From: Paraspadella gotoi
Lineage: Eukaryota; Animalia; Chaetognatha
DNA: 64,000 nucleotides
Assembly (NCBI GenBank): GCA_051294375.1
Contig: CM119266.1
Coordinates: 22,792,638 to 22,856,637 of the forward strand
Direction of reading: 5' to 3'
Position 1 is the first letter of the stretch; each line of letters opens with the position of its first letter. This document shows, one piece after another, positions 21,653-35,848 of the stretch. The notes under the pieces are model-generated. The model saw only the letters and a list, made by a program, of their open reading frames with translations, was not told the origin of the DNA and made no database searches. The translations under genes and the position numbers were made by a program.

Positions 21653-21860
21653 GAGAAAGAAGAAGAGAGGGCAAGTTACATCTCTGCAATTTGTTTTAGG
21701 AATTACAGAAATATAGATAAATTTTAACCAATTTAAACGAACACGTCGTTTCGTTCACTTTCTCTCAAGATTTTTTTTTTTTGGTTTCAAATTCATTTTG
21801 AGTTAAAAAAACTCATGGAAGTGAATTTAGGCCACGACGACTTTTTTTTTATTTTAGAAA

Positions 21861-21938
<78 letters not shown>

Positions 21939-21948
21939 TCTCTCTCCT

Positions 21949-22012
<64 letters not shown>

Positions 22013-22119
22013 CTCTTTCCTTTTTCTCTTCTCTCTCTCTTTCTCTCTCTCTCCTTTCTTTTCTCTTCTCACCCGACTTAGTTCTTCTGAATGAGAATCG
22101 CCGAGTGTGAAAATTTAAT

Positions 22120-22195
22120 CCAATCAGCGGCGAGCGGAAAGGAGTGACGTCATCGAGTCGATCACGTGACTGAGAGGAAGTGATCACGTGATCGC
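22120..22195. promoter_or_regulatory. Compact promoter/enhancer-like motif cluster (CCAAT, CRE, two E-boxes, ETS-like site)
   Basis: CCAATCAG at 22121, TGACGTCA at 22145-22152, TCACGTGA at 22162 and 22184 (the latter within the palindrome GATCACGTGATC), and GGAAGT at 22176. A noisier copy is at about 27195-27270. Confidence 0.4.
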
Positions 22196-22793
22196 TTCCC
22201 CCTCGACCCCGAGGGAATTTCAAACGTTTTTTTTTTCTCTCTCTCTTCTTCTTCTTCTTTTCTCTTTTCTCGTTTTGACTGACAAGTTCCCCTCCCAATG
22301 AATGAAGGGTTCGAGAATATCCATTCAGTACCACCATCGTCGATTGCCTAGTCGTCGCCATCGTCGCTCTTTTCGTCGTCGTCATGGTCACGGATTCTGA
22401 CGATATCGATCGACCTCACAATTTATAATTAACAATTATATAGCAATTTTCAACACGAACTACGCTCAACGAACAAACTACTGTCCCTCAACGTTTCCCA
22501 CTCTCTCACCATTTATATTCCCGCAAATAACCGCCTCAATCTCCCATCTTCCACCCTCGTCCAGACACTCGGTCTAATTTCCGGTCACTCCACTTCCCAT
22601 CACCACCACCCCACCTCCCCCTTCACTCCGCCCACTCGAGTCTCGACGCCTTCGTCGTCGTCGTCGCCTTCGGCTTCGGACTCATCAGCGGTGATGAACT
22701 GTCAACCTTATTCAAATGCCTTCGAGTCACGGAGGCGACCACCGTCGGCGTCAACGTTTGCGCAGGAGGGACGAGGGGGAGGAGCTGCGTCTA

Positions 22794-22828
<35 letters not shown>

Positions 22829-23120
22829 GTCTGTCACTCTGTCTGTCTTTATGTCTCTCTGTCTGTCTGTCTGTCTGTGTGTTTTTCTGTCTGTCTGGCT
22901 GTATCTGTCTATCTTTTGCTATCTCTTTACCTTTCCTTTCCTTTTTCTCTTTCTCTCTAACCATCTCTGTCTGTCGGTCTTTCTCTCCATCTCTCTCTGC
23001 TTGTCTTTCTTTTTTTCTGACTTTCTGACTGTCTGTATCTTTCTATATTTTTCCCTTTTCTTTACTCCCTCTATCTTTCCATCTCTCTCTGTCTCTTTTT
23101 CTCTCTGTGATTCTGACTGT

Positions 23121-25875
23121 CATGTCTAACTTTACTTCTGAGACGCACACCATCTTTATCTCGGTCTTCTCGCCTTCACTCCTCTCTACTCAAACACTCC
23201 CCCGCACCCCGCTCACCCCTGAACCCCTCGTCCCGACAGTGCCATTCGCGAGGCGCATGATTAAGAAGGACAAAAAAAATTGAAGGTGGGGGGCCTGGGG
23301 GGCCTGGGGGGGTGGCGAAGATTAATGGGTAGGAAGACCACGGAGGAAAGTTAGTAGGGGTGTCGTGTTTTTGGGAGGGGAAGGGCTTTGGTTAGACTAA
23401 GGTTCAGCGAACCTAAAAGCGGAAATTGGGAAAGCAGAGAGAAAAAGATAAAAGGAATACGAGGCGTGAGACCTGGAATATGATGGGAGTAGTAGATTGA
23501 GATAAATTGAAAAGTTTACACGTAGTACATAAAATATAAATAAAAAACTAAACAAAAAAATACATGAAGAAAGTGTCACTTGAAAGTCAACACTCAACAG
23601 TTAATGAAGCGTCCAATTTTGAAAGGAAAATAAAATTGTCAAAAACTCAAGAAAAGAAAGGATACAAGGGTCATCTCTCGCCCCAAAAGAAGCGGGCAGT
23701 GACAAAGGGCCAATCGCGGGATAGCCACGAAAGATCGGGCAGGCACAGGAGGACGGGGCGAAGATCGGGCGGCTATCAGCGAACTCGGACAGCGAGAAGG
23801 CAAACTGGCGAAGGAAAGAGAACGAATTTCTGAGATAAAACTTCATTTTTCTTTTTTTCTCGATGGCGGATTCCGAGAGGACGGAAGGATCGGCGGGCGT
23901 CTCCGTCGCCCACGACGAGTAATACTTTCTCGACAGCGCCGCCAAGAATATCCCCTCTTTTGTCGCTCAACCCGGACGCCGTGTTTTAGAAGGGAAGGTT
24001 TTCGTTTCCATCGCTTTCTTCGCTATAAGTCATTCAGTTATTGTCATTTTTTACTATTTTAGGACACAACATCGATATTTACATAGTAATCGCTCCAGAG
24101 AGAATAGCTTCACTTTCCAATTCCAATGACATAAGCTCCAGCAGTGATCGTACCCACGAGCACTCATTCCCCCGCCCCAACCCAGGTTCCAATCAAAGGC
24201 GGCAGACGCGAAAGTCGACCGCGACCTTTGACCCCGAGACTCGGGGAGCCTCGCGTGAGCCGGACGCGTCACTCGACGCGTGACGTGACGGAGAGGGCGT
24301 GAACTGAGAGACGGACGGACCGACGACGACGACTACGACACCAGGTGAGCGTAGTGAATCTTTGGTCGTGAGAAGATGAAACATATGCGTCCCGCGGTTT
24401 TTGAAGATAAAAGGTTGGAAAGTTGTGACCGAACTGGGTTTGGAATTTTGAATGAGGATTTCGTCTCTTCCTGCGCTACTTTGAGAGTAGAAAACAAAAA
24501 ATATTATATTTATTAATGCAATATTTATCTATTCTTATTTTTTTTCTTTCATTCTGGCGCATCGTAACTCGGTTCATCCAAGTTCAGCCAATCATCTCAA
24601 ATTCGTTTCCAGAATTTATGAATTCTAAAAATTTAGGTCATGCCAAAGGTCAAGCTTTAGATAGGAAAGGTTTAAATTTTAATAAACCGAACGATATCGG
24701 AAGAAGGAGGTCAAAGGTCAAACGCAATCGAAATGGACAAACTAGGTTTGGTCGTTTTTCAGAGACTTTAATACTAACATATATTGGTTGTAACATTCAT
24801 AAGCAGTCAGCTCCTTTGTATTTGGTCATATGCGAGTCAATATAGAATTCCCATCTAATGCTTAAGGAGTGGTCCTTAATAACAATATTGAAAAATATGA
24901 TAAGGAAAGCAGGTACTCTGGGATAGAAAGCTTGACATGGTTGCTATGTTACTATCTTGTAAGTGTGATGGTGGCCCTTATAATCACCAACAGCCTCTCC
25001 AGAAAGCTTATTTTCAAATGAATAAATTTTTAATTGGTTGTAGCAATTTCATACTCGCTTATCACTTCCCAGTTCAACTACTACACAAGCACACGTGCAA
25101 TCGAATGGACTCACCCAAAATCTTAACCCCGCCATCAAAATGTTTGTTTATTCGAGCAAACAAAGCCCCGGCTCTCCTTCTCTCGCCGCCTCCCCCACCC
25201 TTCGACCGAACGCGATTTTTAAATACGCACTTTGCATGACTTTAATCCAGAATAAATTAAAAAACTCGGCTCGCGCGGCCTTCGGTGAGGTTAAATGGGA
25301 ACGAGTCCAAACACAAGACGAGAAGCGAAAACTCGAAATTTCCACTCACAAAATTTGCATAACATCGATGGCCTCACCTGCCGACCCCGAAATTCGTACG
25401 CGGCGAGGCGAAAAGAGGGGGGTGGGGGGAAGGGATGGAGGGAGTGAAGGAGAATCGAAGCGGGAATGGGGAGAGGGGAGAAGAAGAGAGAGAGAGTGTT
25501 ATAACTTTGCTTGGCGAGTGGTAGGAACGCGGGGGAAGGGTTTAAGATAAGAGAGAAGAATAGAGGGGCGTGGTCCTCCGCTTTGGCGGCGTAAAGTGAA
25601 AGAGAAAGATAATCGCAAAGATCAATTTTATTTTTTTTTAAATATTTCAAACCATCTAAATAACCACAATCTAAGACGACTATTATTGATGGTCTTATGT
25701 TTCAGTGTTAGACTGTATGTTTCAGTAACAGAGACGCTGCGCTCAGTATAACTCGACAAATCGACAAACCCGGGCTCCATTTAATTTTATTCATAAACTT
25801 TTTTCTCCCTTCTCAAAATCTCGCTCGTCGAAATCTCTTTCTCTCTCTCTCTCTCTCTTCCTCTCTCTCTCTTCT

Positions 25876-25914
<39 letters not shown>

Positions 25915-26303
25915 TCTCTCTATCTCTCTCTCTCCTTCCTTGCTTACTTTTATCGCAAATGCTGCGTTTTTTGAGAAAGTAGGGGCTGTAAGAGAAAGAG
26001 GAATAAGGGAAAGAGGGAAAGTTAAGGGCGGGATCTCGTTTCCTTTAAAGGGGCACAACCGAAGGACGATGGCGAGCGAGAACGACGACGATGACGACGA
26101 CGACCGCGAAAAACGAGCCGAGAAACCTGAATAATTCAAAAAAAATTGGATAGTACACATCTTTCAGTGTAAGAGACGACGACGACGACACGACGCGACG
26201 ACGTTGAAAACTAGTCGCTCACGGTCGAGTCACGGGAGCGGATAAAACAGTTCAGTTTTATGCAAAAATGAAGAGAGAAAAAGATAAGAGACGAAAAAGG
26301 GTA

Positions 26304-26394
<91 letters not shown>

Positions 26395-26716
26395 CATTCA
26401 ACGCAAGGTGAGAGAAAAGCAACTTGAGAAAAGAATTGAAACCACCGAGGAAAGAAGGAGTCGTGTGAAAAATGGAGGAATAATAATTGAGGAGGAAAGG
26501 AAAGGAGATTGTAGCTTTTTCTAAAAGAAAAAAATATCATTACAAAATGGTGAAAACCAGTACCTAAAAATCTGAAAAGATTTTTTTTCTCTCATTTTCT
26601 CTAAAAATTTCCGATTTTTTCTAAAACAGAAAAATAGGAAAAAATAAATCCCCCGAGTTAAAAACATTTCAAATCTGCAGAGATCTCTGAGAGAGAGAGA
26701 GAGAGGAGAGAGAGAG

Positions 26717-26753
<37 letters not shown>

Positions 26754-27032
26754 GAGAGATAGAGAGAGAAAGAAGAAGGAAGGGCAAGTTACATCTCTGC
26801 AATTTGTTTAGGAAATTACAGAAATTAGATAAATTTTAACCAATTTAAACGAAACACGTCGTTTCGTTCACTTTCTCTCAAGATTTTTTTTTTTTGGTTC
26901 AAAATTCATTTTGAGTTAAAAAACTCATGGAAGTGATTTGGCCACGACGACTTTTTTTTTATTTTAGAAATCTCTCTCTCTCTCATCCTCTCTCTTCTCT
27001 CTCTCTCTCTCTTCTCTCTTCTCTCTCTCGTT

Positions 27033-27110
<78 letters not shown>

Positions 27111-28197
27111 CTCTCTCTCTCTTCTCTCCTTTTCTTTTTCTCTTCTCACCCGATTATTCTTTCTGAATGAGAATCGCCGAGTGTGAAAATTTAATCAATC
27201 AGCGGCGAGCGGAAAGGAGTGACGTATCGAGTCGATCACGTGGACTGAGAGAAGTGATCACGTGATCGCTTCCCCTCGACCCCGAGGGAATTTCAAAGTT
27301 TTTTTTTTTTCTCTCTCTCTTTTCTTCTTCTTTTCTCTTTTCTGCTTTTGACTGACAAGTTCCCTCCCAATGAATGAAGGGTTCGAGAATATCCATTCAG
27401 TACGCACCATGTCGATTGCCTCGTCATCGTCTTCGTCGCCATCGTCGCTCTTTTCGTCGTCGTCAATGGTCACGATTCTGACGATATCGATCGACCTCAC
27501 ATTTATAATTAACAATATATAGCAATTTCAACACGAACTACGCTAACGACAAATACTGTCCTCAACGTTTCCCCACTCTCTCACCATTTATATTCCAGCA
27601 AATAACCGCCTCAATCTCCCATCTTCCACACCTCTGTCCAGAACACTCGGTCTAATTTTCCGGTCACTCCACTTCCCTCACCACCACCCCACCTCCCCCT
27701 TCACTCCGCCACTCGAGTCTCGACGCCTTCGTCGTCGTCGTCGCTTCGGCTTCGGACTCATCAGCGGTGATGAACTGTCAACCTTATATCAAATGCCTTC
27801 GAGTCACGGAGGCGACCACCGTCGGCGTCAACGTTTGCGCAGGAGGGACGAGGGAGGAGCTGCGTCTATCGCTCTCTCTCTCTCTCTCTCTCTCTCTGAC
27901 TGTCTGTCACTCTGTCTTCTTTATGTCTTCTCTGTCTGTCTGTCTGTCTGTCGTGTGTTTTTCTGTCTGTCTGGCTGTATCTGTTATCTTTTGCTATCTC
28001 TTTACCTTTCCTTTCCTTTTTCTCTTTCTCTCTAACCATCTCTGTCTGTCGTGTCTTTCTCTCCATCTCTCTCTGCTTGTCTTTCTTTTTTTCTGACTTT
28101 CTGACTGTCTGTATCTTTCCTATATTTTTCCTTTTCTTACTTCCCTCTATCGTTTCCATCTCTCTCTGTTCTTTTTCTCTCTGTGATTCTGACTGTC
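23121..28197 (+). repeat. Duplicated block B, copy 2 (likely assembly artefact)
   Basis: The sequence jumps back about 5.28 kb at 23121. The copy ends near the 25-N gap at 28332-28356, whose two flanks also repeat each other. Confidence 0.95.
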
Positions 28198-28204
28198 TGA
28201 CTGT

Positions 28205-28291
<87 letters not shown>

Positions 28292-28362
28292 CTTCTTCCA
28301 CCGCCCATCTCTCGCCTTACCGATCCAGTCANNNNNNNNNNNNNNNNNNNNNNNNNTGACTG

Positions 28363-28450
<88 letters not shown>

Positions 28451-29117
28451 CTCCCACCGCCCATCTCTCGCCTTAACCGATCCAGTCATTTAGGTCCATG
28501 CAATATCAAACGGGGTCTTTCGTCTACACTCGCTGTTTTATTGACTTCTGACTCAATATCGACGTGTTCACTATCTGCCCACATCGCGACTGCTCAGTCA
28601 TATCTCGCCATCTGACCCGAACCACTCTCTCTCCCTTAGGTCCATGAATATCAAACGGGGTCTTTCGTCTTCTCATTCAACCCTTTTTTTATCGTCCCTA
28701 ACATTTTTCCATCGCCTTCGGAGTTGCTCACGCATCTCCGCCGTATGTACCTATAGTCACGTATCATCATCGTTTAAGCCGCTTAAAAAAGTGAGTTCCA
28801 TACAACATTTTAAGAAGTCATACAACTATAATATATTACCGAGAAAGACCTTTTACAATTTTAAAATTTAGGGTAAACGTGAGAATCTTCATCATTCAAG
28901 TATGCAATTATAATTACTTTTACAAATGCACCAATAAGAAAAGAATGTATTTTGAATAAATGTTTTTTTTTAATTTTAACCAACTTCACCAACTTGATAC
29001 GAACACGTAACACTATGCCACCCACTCTGTACTTGGCTCCCACCCACTCACCACAGCTCAGTCGCATAGAAAACGAAGGCATCTTTTTACTCTTTGACCC
29101 TTTTTTGATGTAATCTC

Positions 29118-29160
<43 letters not shown>

Positions 29161-29169
29161 CTCTTCTCT

Positions 29170-29201
<32 letters not shown>

Positions 29202-29701
29202 TCTCTCTCTCTTTCTCTCTCTCCAAAGCGCGCCGACTTTAATCCGCCCCGGAGACTTTATTTATTTTCTTTTTATTACATTTTCTTTTCTCGTCGTCAC
29301 GAGGATCGAATTGGATCTCGTTTGGGGGTCACGTCGATCCGCGCGTCGCATTCACTCCGGGGTCACCTCCTTTTTTTTCTTTTCTTGTTTTCTCCTCTTT
29401 TTTGATTTCTTTTTATCGGCGCCATCTTGGATTATCGAAGGCGCGAGATTTCTTTCCTTTCATTCAGTCGAAAAAGAGAAAAGGATTTTTTTTTTCGAGA
29501 TTGAATAGAAAATAGCACAGAATTTAGTATAAGCTCGAATTATTTAGAGCTTTAAACTCGATAGCGATACCGCTACTGTGCTAGAAATATTACTATAATA
29601 ATTCCCTCAAGAAATTGGTACAACCAATATGAAACTATTTAATTACATTTTGATTCAATGGAGTAAAATTTTTTCCCGAGTTTTTCTCATATATTATTTT
29701 C

Positions 29702-29820
<119 letters not shown>

Positions 29821-30873
29821 AGTGCTCATTCTCTCATTCATTCAGACGTCTGTTGACTCTCCCGACGACCTCCTCCTCCTCCTCCTTCTCCTCTTCCTCC
29901 TCCTGCTTCTCCTCTTACAACTTTTTACAAAACAATAACAATCTCTCCCCTCCCGTTACTCTTTCCTGAACCGAAACAAGGGACCACCGTTCTTCCCTCA
30001 TCTTCCTCTTCTCTTCCTCATTTGTTCTGCCTTCAGAAAAAAAAACATTTTTATAAATTCTGGACAATATTTGTTGCCTAAGCTAATAGTTTATTGGTCC
30101 TGGAAGCTCTCACGCACTCAAGTTTCAATTTTAGAACTGTCTTAAAACTCTTCTTCTTAATGAATTCATCGAACCAATGTACAATGAAAGATCTTTTCTT
30201 TTTAAAAATTAACATTCCACGAGCTATACTAAAATTTACCAGCGCAAGCTGTCCTCCAACTGTCCGTCGATATAATATTTTGGTCCGTTGTTTTCTTACC
30301 GTATTAATTCGCTTTCGGCCATTATTATTTTCCAATATATTGCTAAAAGCTACTCATAGTGATAACTAAAACTAATTAGCATATGTGTAGCCTATAATCG
30401 TTTTATATTCTTTAATACAGCCACTACCTAACCTAGAACTCAACAGTCAAAACATACTGTGAAAAGCTAACCCAACCCAAACCACACGTACACACCCACC
30501 CCCAAATAAGATCGATCAACGTACTCAACCTTCACCCACCTCTACCGCTCTCCACCACCACCTCCCTCTTCGGTCGCGGACTCCGATCACCGAGTGGCCA
30601 GACGTTAGAGACTTCGTTCTGACCCAGCGATCGCTCACAAAGAGTTTCTCGCCAACATTCGGTCATCCTCTTCCGTCGTTCNNNNNNNNNNNNNNNNNNN
30701 NNNNNNACGTTAGTAGTGTCGTCAAGGAGTATATATATTCGGATATTCCCTCAAGAAATTGGTAAACCAATATGAACTATTTAATTACATTTTGATTCAA
30801 TGGAGTAAAATTTTTTCCCGAGTTTTTCTCATATATTATTTTCTCTTTCTTTCTTTACTTTCTTTTCTTTTTT

Positions 30874-30913
<40 letters not shown>

Positions 30914-33394
30914 TCCTTTCTTTCTTTCTTTCTTTTCTTTCTTAGTGCTCATTTCTCATTCATTCAGACGTCTGTTGACTCTCCCGACGACCTCCTCCTC
31001 CTCCTCTTCCTCCTCTTCCTCCTCCTGCTTCTCCTCTTACAACTTTTTACAAAACAATAACAATCTCTCCCCTCCCGTTACTCTTTCCTGAACCGAAACA
31101 AGGGACAACCGTTCTTTCCCTCATCTTCCTCTTCTCTCTCCTCTCTTCATTTGTTCTGCCTTCAGAAAAAAAACATTTTTATAAAATTCTGGACAATATT
31201 TGTTGCCTAAGCTAATAGTTTATTGGTCCTGGAAGCTCTCACGCACTCCAAGTTTCAATTTTAGAACTGTCTTAAAACTCTTCTTCTTAATGAATTCATC
31301 GAACCAATGTACAATGAAAGATCTTTTCTTTTAAAATTAACATTCCACGAGCTATACTAAAATTTACCAGCGCAAGCTGTCCTCCAACTGTCCGTCGATA
31401 TAATATTTTGGTCGTTGTTTTCTTACCGTATTATTCGCTTTCGGCCATTATTATTTTCCAATATATTGCTAAAAGCTACTCATAGTGATAACTAAAACTA
31501 ATTAGCATATGTGTAGCCTATAATGTGTTTTATATTCTTTAATAACAGCCACTACCTAACTAGAACTCCAACAGTCAAAACATACTGTGAAAAGCTACCC
31601 AACCCAAACCACACGTAACACACCCACCCCAAATAAGACGATCAACGTACTCAACTACACTTCACTCAAGATCACGTACGTCAATCACCGCTCCACACCA
31701 CCACCTCCCTCTTCGGTCGCGGACTCCGATCCACGAGTGGGCCAGACGTTAGAGACTTCGTTCTGACCCAGCGATCGCTCACAAGAGTTTCTCGCCAACA
31801 TTCGGTCATCCTCTTCCGTCGTTCTCTCTCCCTCCCCCCTCTCCATTCCTCCCCTTCCTCCTCTCTCCTCCCCCCTCCGTTTTCCCGCCAAATTCCCTTT
31901 CGACTTCGTGTGAGTTTCGAGACGGGATTTCGATGGAGAGAGGGACGGACATTCGGAGATACTCAGACATCGGTGAAGGGGTGGTCAAGTGGTGAAGGCG
32001 AAAGAGTGGTTAGTGGGGGAAGAGTAAGAGCCAATCGATTATTTTGGGGGTGGGGAAATAAAGTGTAATTTTAGGATTTTGAGAATAGAATGTTTGATAA
32101 TGTTAGCTTTTCCTTGATATTAATTTGATAATTTCTACGCCGATTTTGGTTATTCCGGTACTGTTTTCTTGTGATGCAAAAAAAAAAGGAAAAAATGAGA
32201 GTAGGATTAAATGTGTGGGCGAGGAAGGAGTGCAGAGATGATGATTAGTGTGAGGGAGTCGTCCTTTCATTCAGTTTGTGGAAGCCACTTCATTGATAGA
32301 GAAGCCGGATATTCTTGGGGTTAATAAAAAAAACTGTAATCGTAAGCTATGTTAGTATCTTAGTATCTTAGTATAAGATTATATATGATATATATGATTA
32401 TCCGGACCAAAATTAAAGTTAGCTTATTCGTTGAAGGAAAGAATATTTTTTGTTAGTTGTACCAATTTTATTAGACTAATTAATTAATTAGTATGTATTA
32501 GCATTATTATTATCAGTATTATTATTAATGATTTAATTAGTTACTGGAATGAGGATAGAAAGATGATTGTGGATGAAGGGTGAAACCGAAGACCAAATAA
32601 TAAAAGCAGAAGGAATGAACTGAATGAGGCGATGTGAGAGGAGGGAGGGGGGGTTCGAGAGGGGGGGCAGCGGGCGTGCAAAAGCGGCCGAGATGTTGTG
32701 GCCGAGCCCCGAGCCCGCAAACATGTATGCACCGGATGTACCAAATGGATCATACTAATATAATTTAGAATTCGCTTCCCAAACCTTCAAAATTTTCAAA
32801 ATGTCAAATCTTGAAAATCATTTAAACAAGCTGATTGCATGATGGCGATTTCTCTTTTTTTCTGAAACTCATACATATCATCTAGTATGTCGATTGCCGT
32901 TAGTTTTGCGCCGTCTGTAAGTTTAATGACGATTACCAAATTATAATTTAAATCAAAAAGGGCGGGGCAAATTTAATAGCTCACATTCGCTTTGGTTTTT
33001 ATCCTCTCGTTATGAAAAAAATTTCAACATTAAGAACAAAAATAACTTGGCGAGCTGCGGATGGACCCAGTTATTGGTTTCAGTTTCCCTAAAAAATTAA
33101 TTAAAGAATATTGAAAACGTCTTCATTACTTTCGTCGTAGGGCTGAAAGAAAAACGAAAACTGGATCTTTGTCCTTTTATCCGCCAAATCAAATTAAAAG
33201 AACGCATTCGACCGCCCCAACTTTTTTCAAAAATGGGGGGGGCGGGAAACGAGGGGGAGTTTTGACTTTGGAGGGCGAGGGACCAGACAAATTGCGGCGG
33301 CATCGCCATTGTTAAAGTCATCGACAAACGCACGAGACTCGTAAAACGAGAAAGGGAGACATCTTCGACGTAAACCCAATTAAATTATCGACGA

Positions 33395-35848
33395 TCACAA
33401 TAACGACTCGAGAGATGGTGACGTTGATACGAGATTTTCCGTTCGGCGAAAAGTTTGGCGCGATTCCCGTGTCGAAGACGAGCAGTCGCTCTTGTGATGG
33501 AAAGGCGTGAGGTACCAAAAAAATGAAGAATACGGATTCGAACAATGGAGTGGGCGGAGATGGAGTGGGCGCCCGGTGGCGGACAAAATTAACACGAACT
33601 CGCTATAAACTCGCCCTGCCAAATGTCTGACTGGACTCCCCCTATGGCAACGATCCGGTGAATCGAACGTTGGCGTCGCTTCCCACGACAGCCGAACTCG
33701 ATGAATAGCCCGGACTTCAGTTCCAGCCTGTCGTGACTAATAAATAAAATTCGAAAAGAAATAAAATATTTTTTTTTCTTAAATTCTCACTTCACCTGTA
33801 GGCGAAAGTTTTCGGGGCCTGCTTTCTCGATTCCCTAACATTGCACAATGGGCAAAGAACTGCTGATGGCCGTCGATCTTTTCCTGCTTCTCGAGACGAG
33901 CATAAAGTGAGTGGCCACAAACACGACTGCATCATGACCCCAGTCCACGGCGCCGGGGACTCAAAGGTTGTGATATCCGTCGCCAGGAACACTATGTCCT
34001 CGCCTATAACAGAGTAAATTTAATGGAGGTAACTGGAAGTTAGCGCGGCATATAAGTGGCTCAGAGAGTAGTTAAGCATTATGGTGTAAATTTTACTTTC
34101 GCCGACCGGCGTTTTGGCGGGTGTTTGAAAAATTACTTAAAAATATTCTTATTTTTAAAAATTAAATTTAATACAGAATATTTCATATCTATATATATCC
34201 CTAACCCTAAACCCTCAACGTCCCAACCACCCCTAGACGCGTAAACCACCCTAACCCCTAACCCCCTTCCTAACCGGTACGTGTGCGAAGAGGTAAAAGA
34301 TAACCCAGCATTACTCTCGGGCTAGTAGTCTACTAGGGAATTTTCCAGCTTTTAACATGATAGATCCTCTTACAGTGACTGGCAAAAAAGGGCCTCCAAA
34401 TTTTTAACAAACAGATATGCCGACAAAGAGAGATTACAAAAGTACGTCTTTGCAAGATTACGACTGAAACATTAACCCATGCAGGGTGTAATGCCTCTTG
34501 TGGCGCCGTCATTGAGGTGAACCATGTGAACCTGTTCTAAACTCCCCTGCCAACTTTGGCATAGGGGCACCGAGGGAGGCGGCAAGTGCACGAGTACGGA
34601 CGATATTTCGCAGGGCTCTTCATGTCTTTGTTGTCGTGATGAGAAGTGTGACTAAATAAATCAAAGTTTTAAGTACTAACGAAGGTGTTTTGTCCAATTT
34701 CATTTCTGTCCAATATGAAATAATAAGAATATCAAATTTTGTACCCCGTCATTTCACTCACGAGCAACCGCTGGAGGCGATTTGCAGGGAAACATGAAGT
34801 GGGAGGCCACCTTCTCCATAGCGAGATTGCGAGATGTTGCCGAGCGGACGGCGACCACGTCGGGACAGCCACTGGAGTTTGGGTCTAACACTGGGAACAC
34901 ACGATGTGGCCGCGACTGACATTGCCAGGATTGCGGCAACGCGTAGTCGAAGCAGACGGACATTCAAAGAGTGATGCTAGAGTCTGTAAAATCGCGATTG
35001 GGTTAGGTGGTGAAATAATGAGTGTAATAGGAAAACGCGTTAGTGTGTGATGACCTTTCGCAGACAAAGAGTCCAGGACAAATTATTAAGTTAAAGTTAA
35101 ACCTGATATTGCATGGCCACTTTTACGTAAATTATCGTTTTATTATTTATTTTTTCTATTTATTTTTTATTTCAATTTACTACGAATTTTTTTTTTTTAT
35201 TAAAAACGGGTAGTGAGCCTCCACTTTTTCCATAAACTATGAAATTGTGTTTAACCAATGGCCACTTAGTTATGGCCAAGATTTTCAGCGCGCTATGTAA
35301 GGACCACGTTTTTTGGCCCATAGGGCGATGTCCTAGACCAGGCTTTCCAATTCTGGAATGAATACGTTAGGCCATATTGAAAGGACTGGAAATTGCGATT
35401 TTTTCCTTGGTCGCGTGTGTAAAAGAACCTATACTGTGTGTATACACTGATGCTGGGGAAAACGACGAATTTTGAATGTAATTAGGATTCAATTTCAAAT
35501 TAATGATATGAACTTTGACCTGTAGTGGTGGCATCCTCCATGACCAGCAGCCCCTCCGCCGTCGCCCCCGCTTGTCCCGCCAGTTTAAAACCGCTGCGGC
35601 GGCCGAGGCTCGCGCGGTGGCGGGTGCGGTGGTACCCGTGTCACCGACGCCGAAGGCTGCCATAAATAAAAAAAAATATGGATAGTTCTCAATCAATTTA
35701 CAAGGAAAAATACGTCATTCAGTTCACGATTTTATATATGTCGCTCACTAAAGTATTGCAACTCTTTTACATCACTACTACAAATCGTATATAACTGTGT
35801 TATTCATTTAGTGACAGTTTTTACCATAGCATTCGTTCTTCCCGACAT
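33395..35848 (-). CDS. siah: SIAH/seven-in-absentia RING E3 ubiquitin ligase, about 7 coding exons, many apparent sequencing indels
   Basis: Manual minus-strand translation, allowing frameshifts, recovers the SIAH motifs in the correct order: LASLFECP, VCFDYALP, GHIVCSQCRPKL, RNLAMEKVAS, FMFPCK, EEPCE, YRPYSC, WQGSLEQV, GEDIVFLATDI, PGAVDW, VMMQSC, EKQEKIDGHQQFFA, ENFAYR, LSWEATP, LVFDTGIA and INVTIS. Approximate exons: 35848-35825 (MSGRTNAM, tentative start), 35656-35520, 34983-34762, 34651-34477, 34003-33796, 33727-33615 and 33490-33395, mostly bounded by AG/GT. Start and stop positions are uncertain. Confidence 0.93.
33796..34003 (-). CDS. siah: siah exon encoding part of the substrate-binding (TRAF-like) domain
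   Basis: The acceptor ctgttatag precedes 34003 and the donor gtgaag follows 33796. With frameshifts it reads GEDIVFLATDI..PGAVDW.VMMQSC..EKQEKIDGHQQFFA..RKQA..FAYR. Confidence 0.9.
34082..34306. mobile_element. MITE-like insertion with internal telomere-like (CCCTAA) repeats in a siah intron
   Basis: Imperfect terminal inverted repeats: GGTGTAAATTTTACTTTCGCCGACCGG versus the reverse complement GGGTTATCTTTTACCTCTTCGCACACGTACCGG. A direct repeat AGCATTA flanks it (34075-34081 and 34307-34313). Degenerate CCCTAA units lie at about 34199-34275. Confidence 0.55.
34762..34983 (-). CDS. siah: siah exon encoding the RING finger (C3HC4) and the start of the zinc-finger region
   Basis: The acceptor ttttacag precedes 34983 and the donor gtgagt follows 34762. 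ORF-track pieces in three frames (LASLFECP, VCFDYALP, GHIVCSQC, RNLAMEKVASHFMFPCK, ASSGC) together rebuild the conserved SIAH RING. Confidence 0.9.

Noticed and set aside
22678-22722. GLISGDELSTLFKCL, resembling the second half of an EF-hand loop
   Set aside because: The acidic residues at loop positions 1, 3 and 5 are missing and no suitably placed splice acceptor could supply them. The second copy has an indel here.
34199-34275. CCCTAA repeats as a true telomere or chromosome fusion site
   Set aside because: There are only a few degenerate units, enclosed by inverted repeats within an intron. A transposon explains them better.
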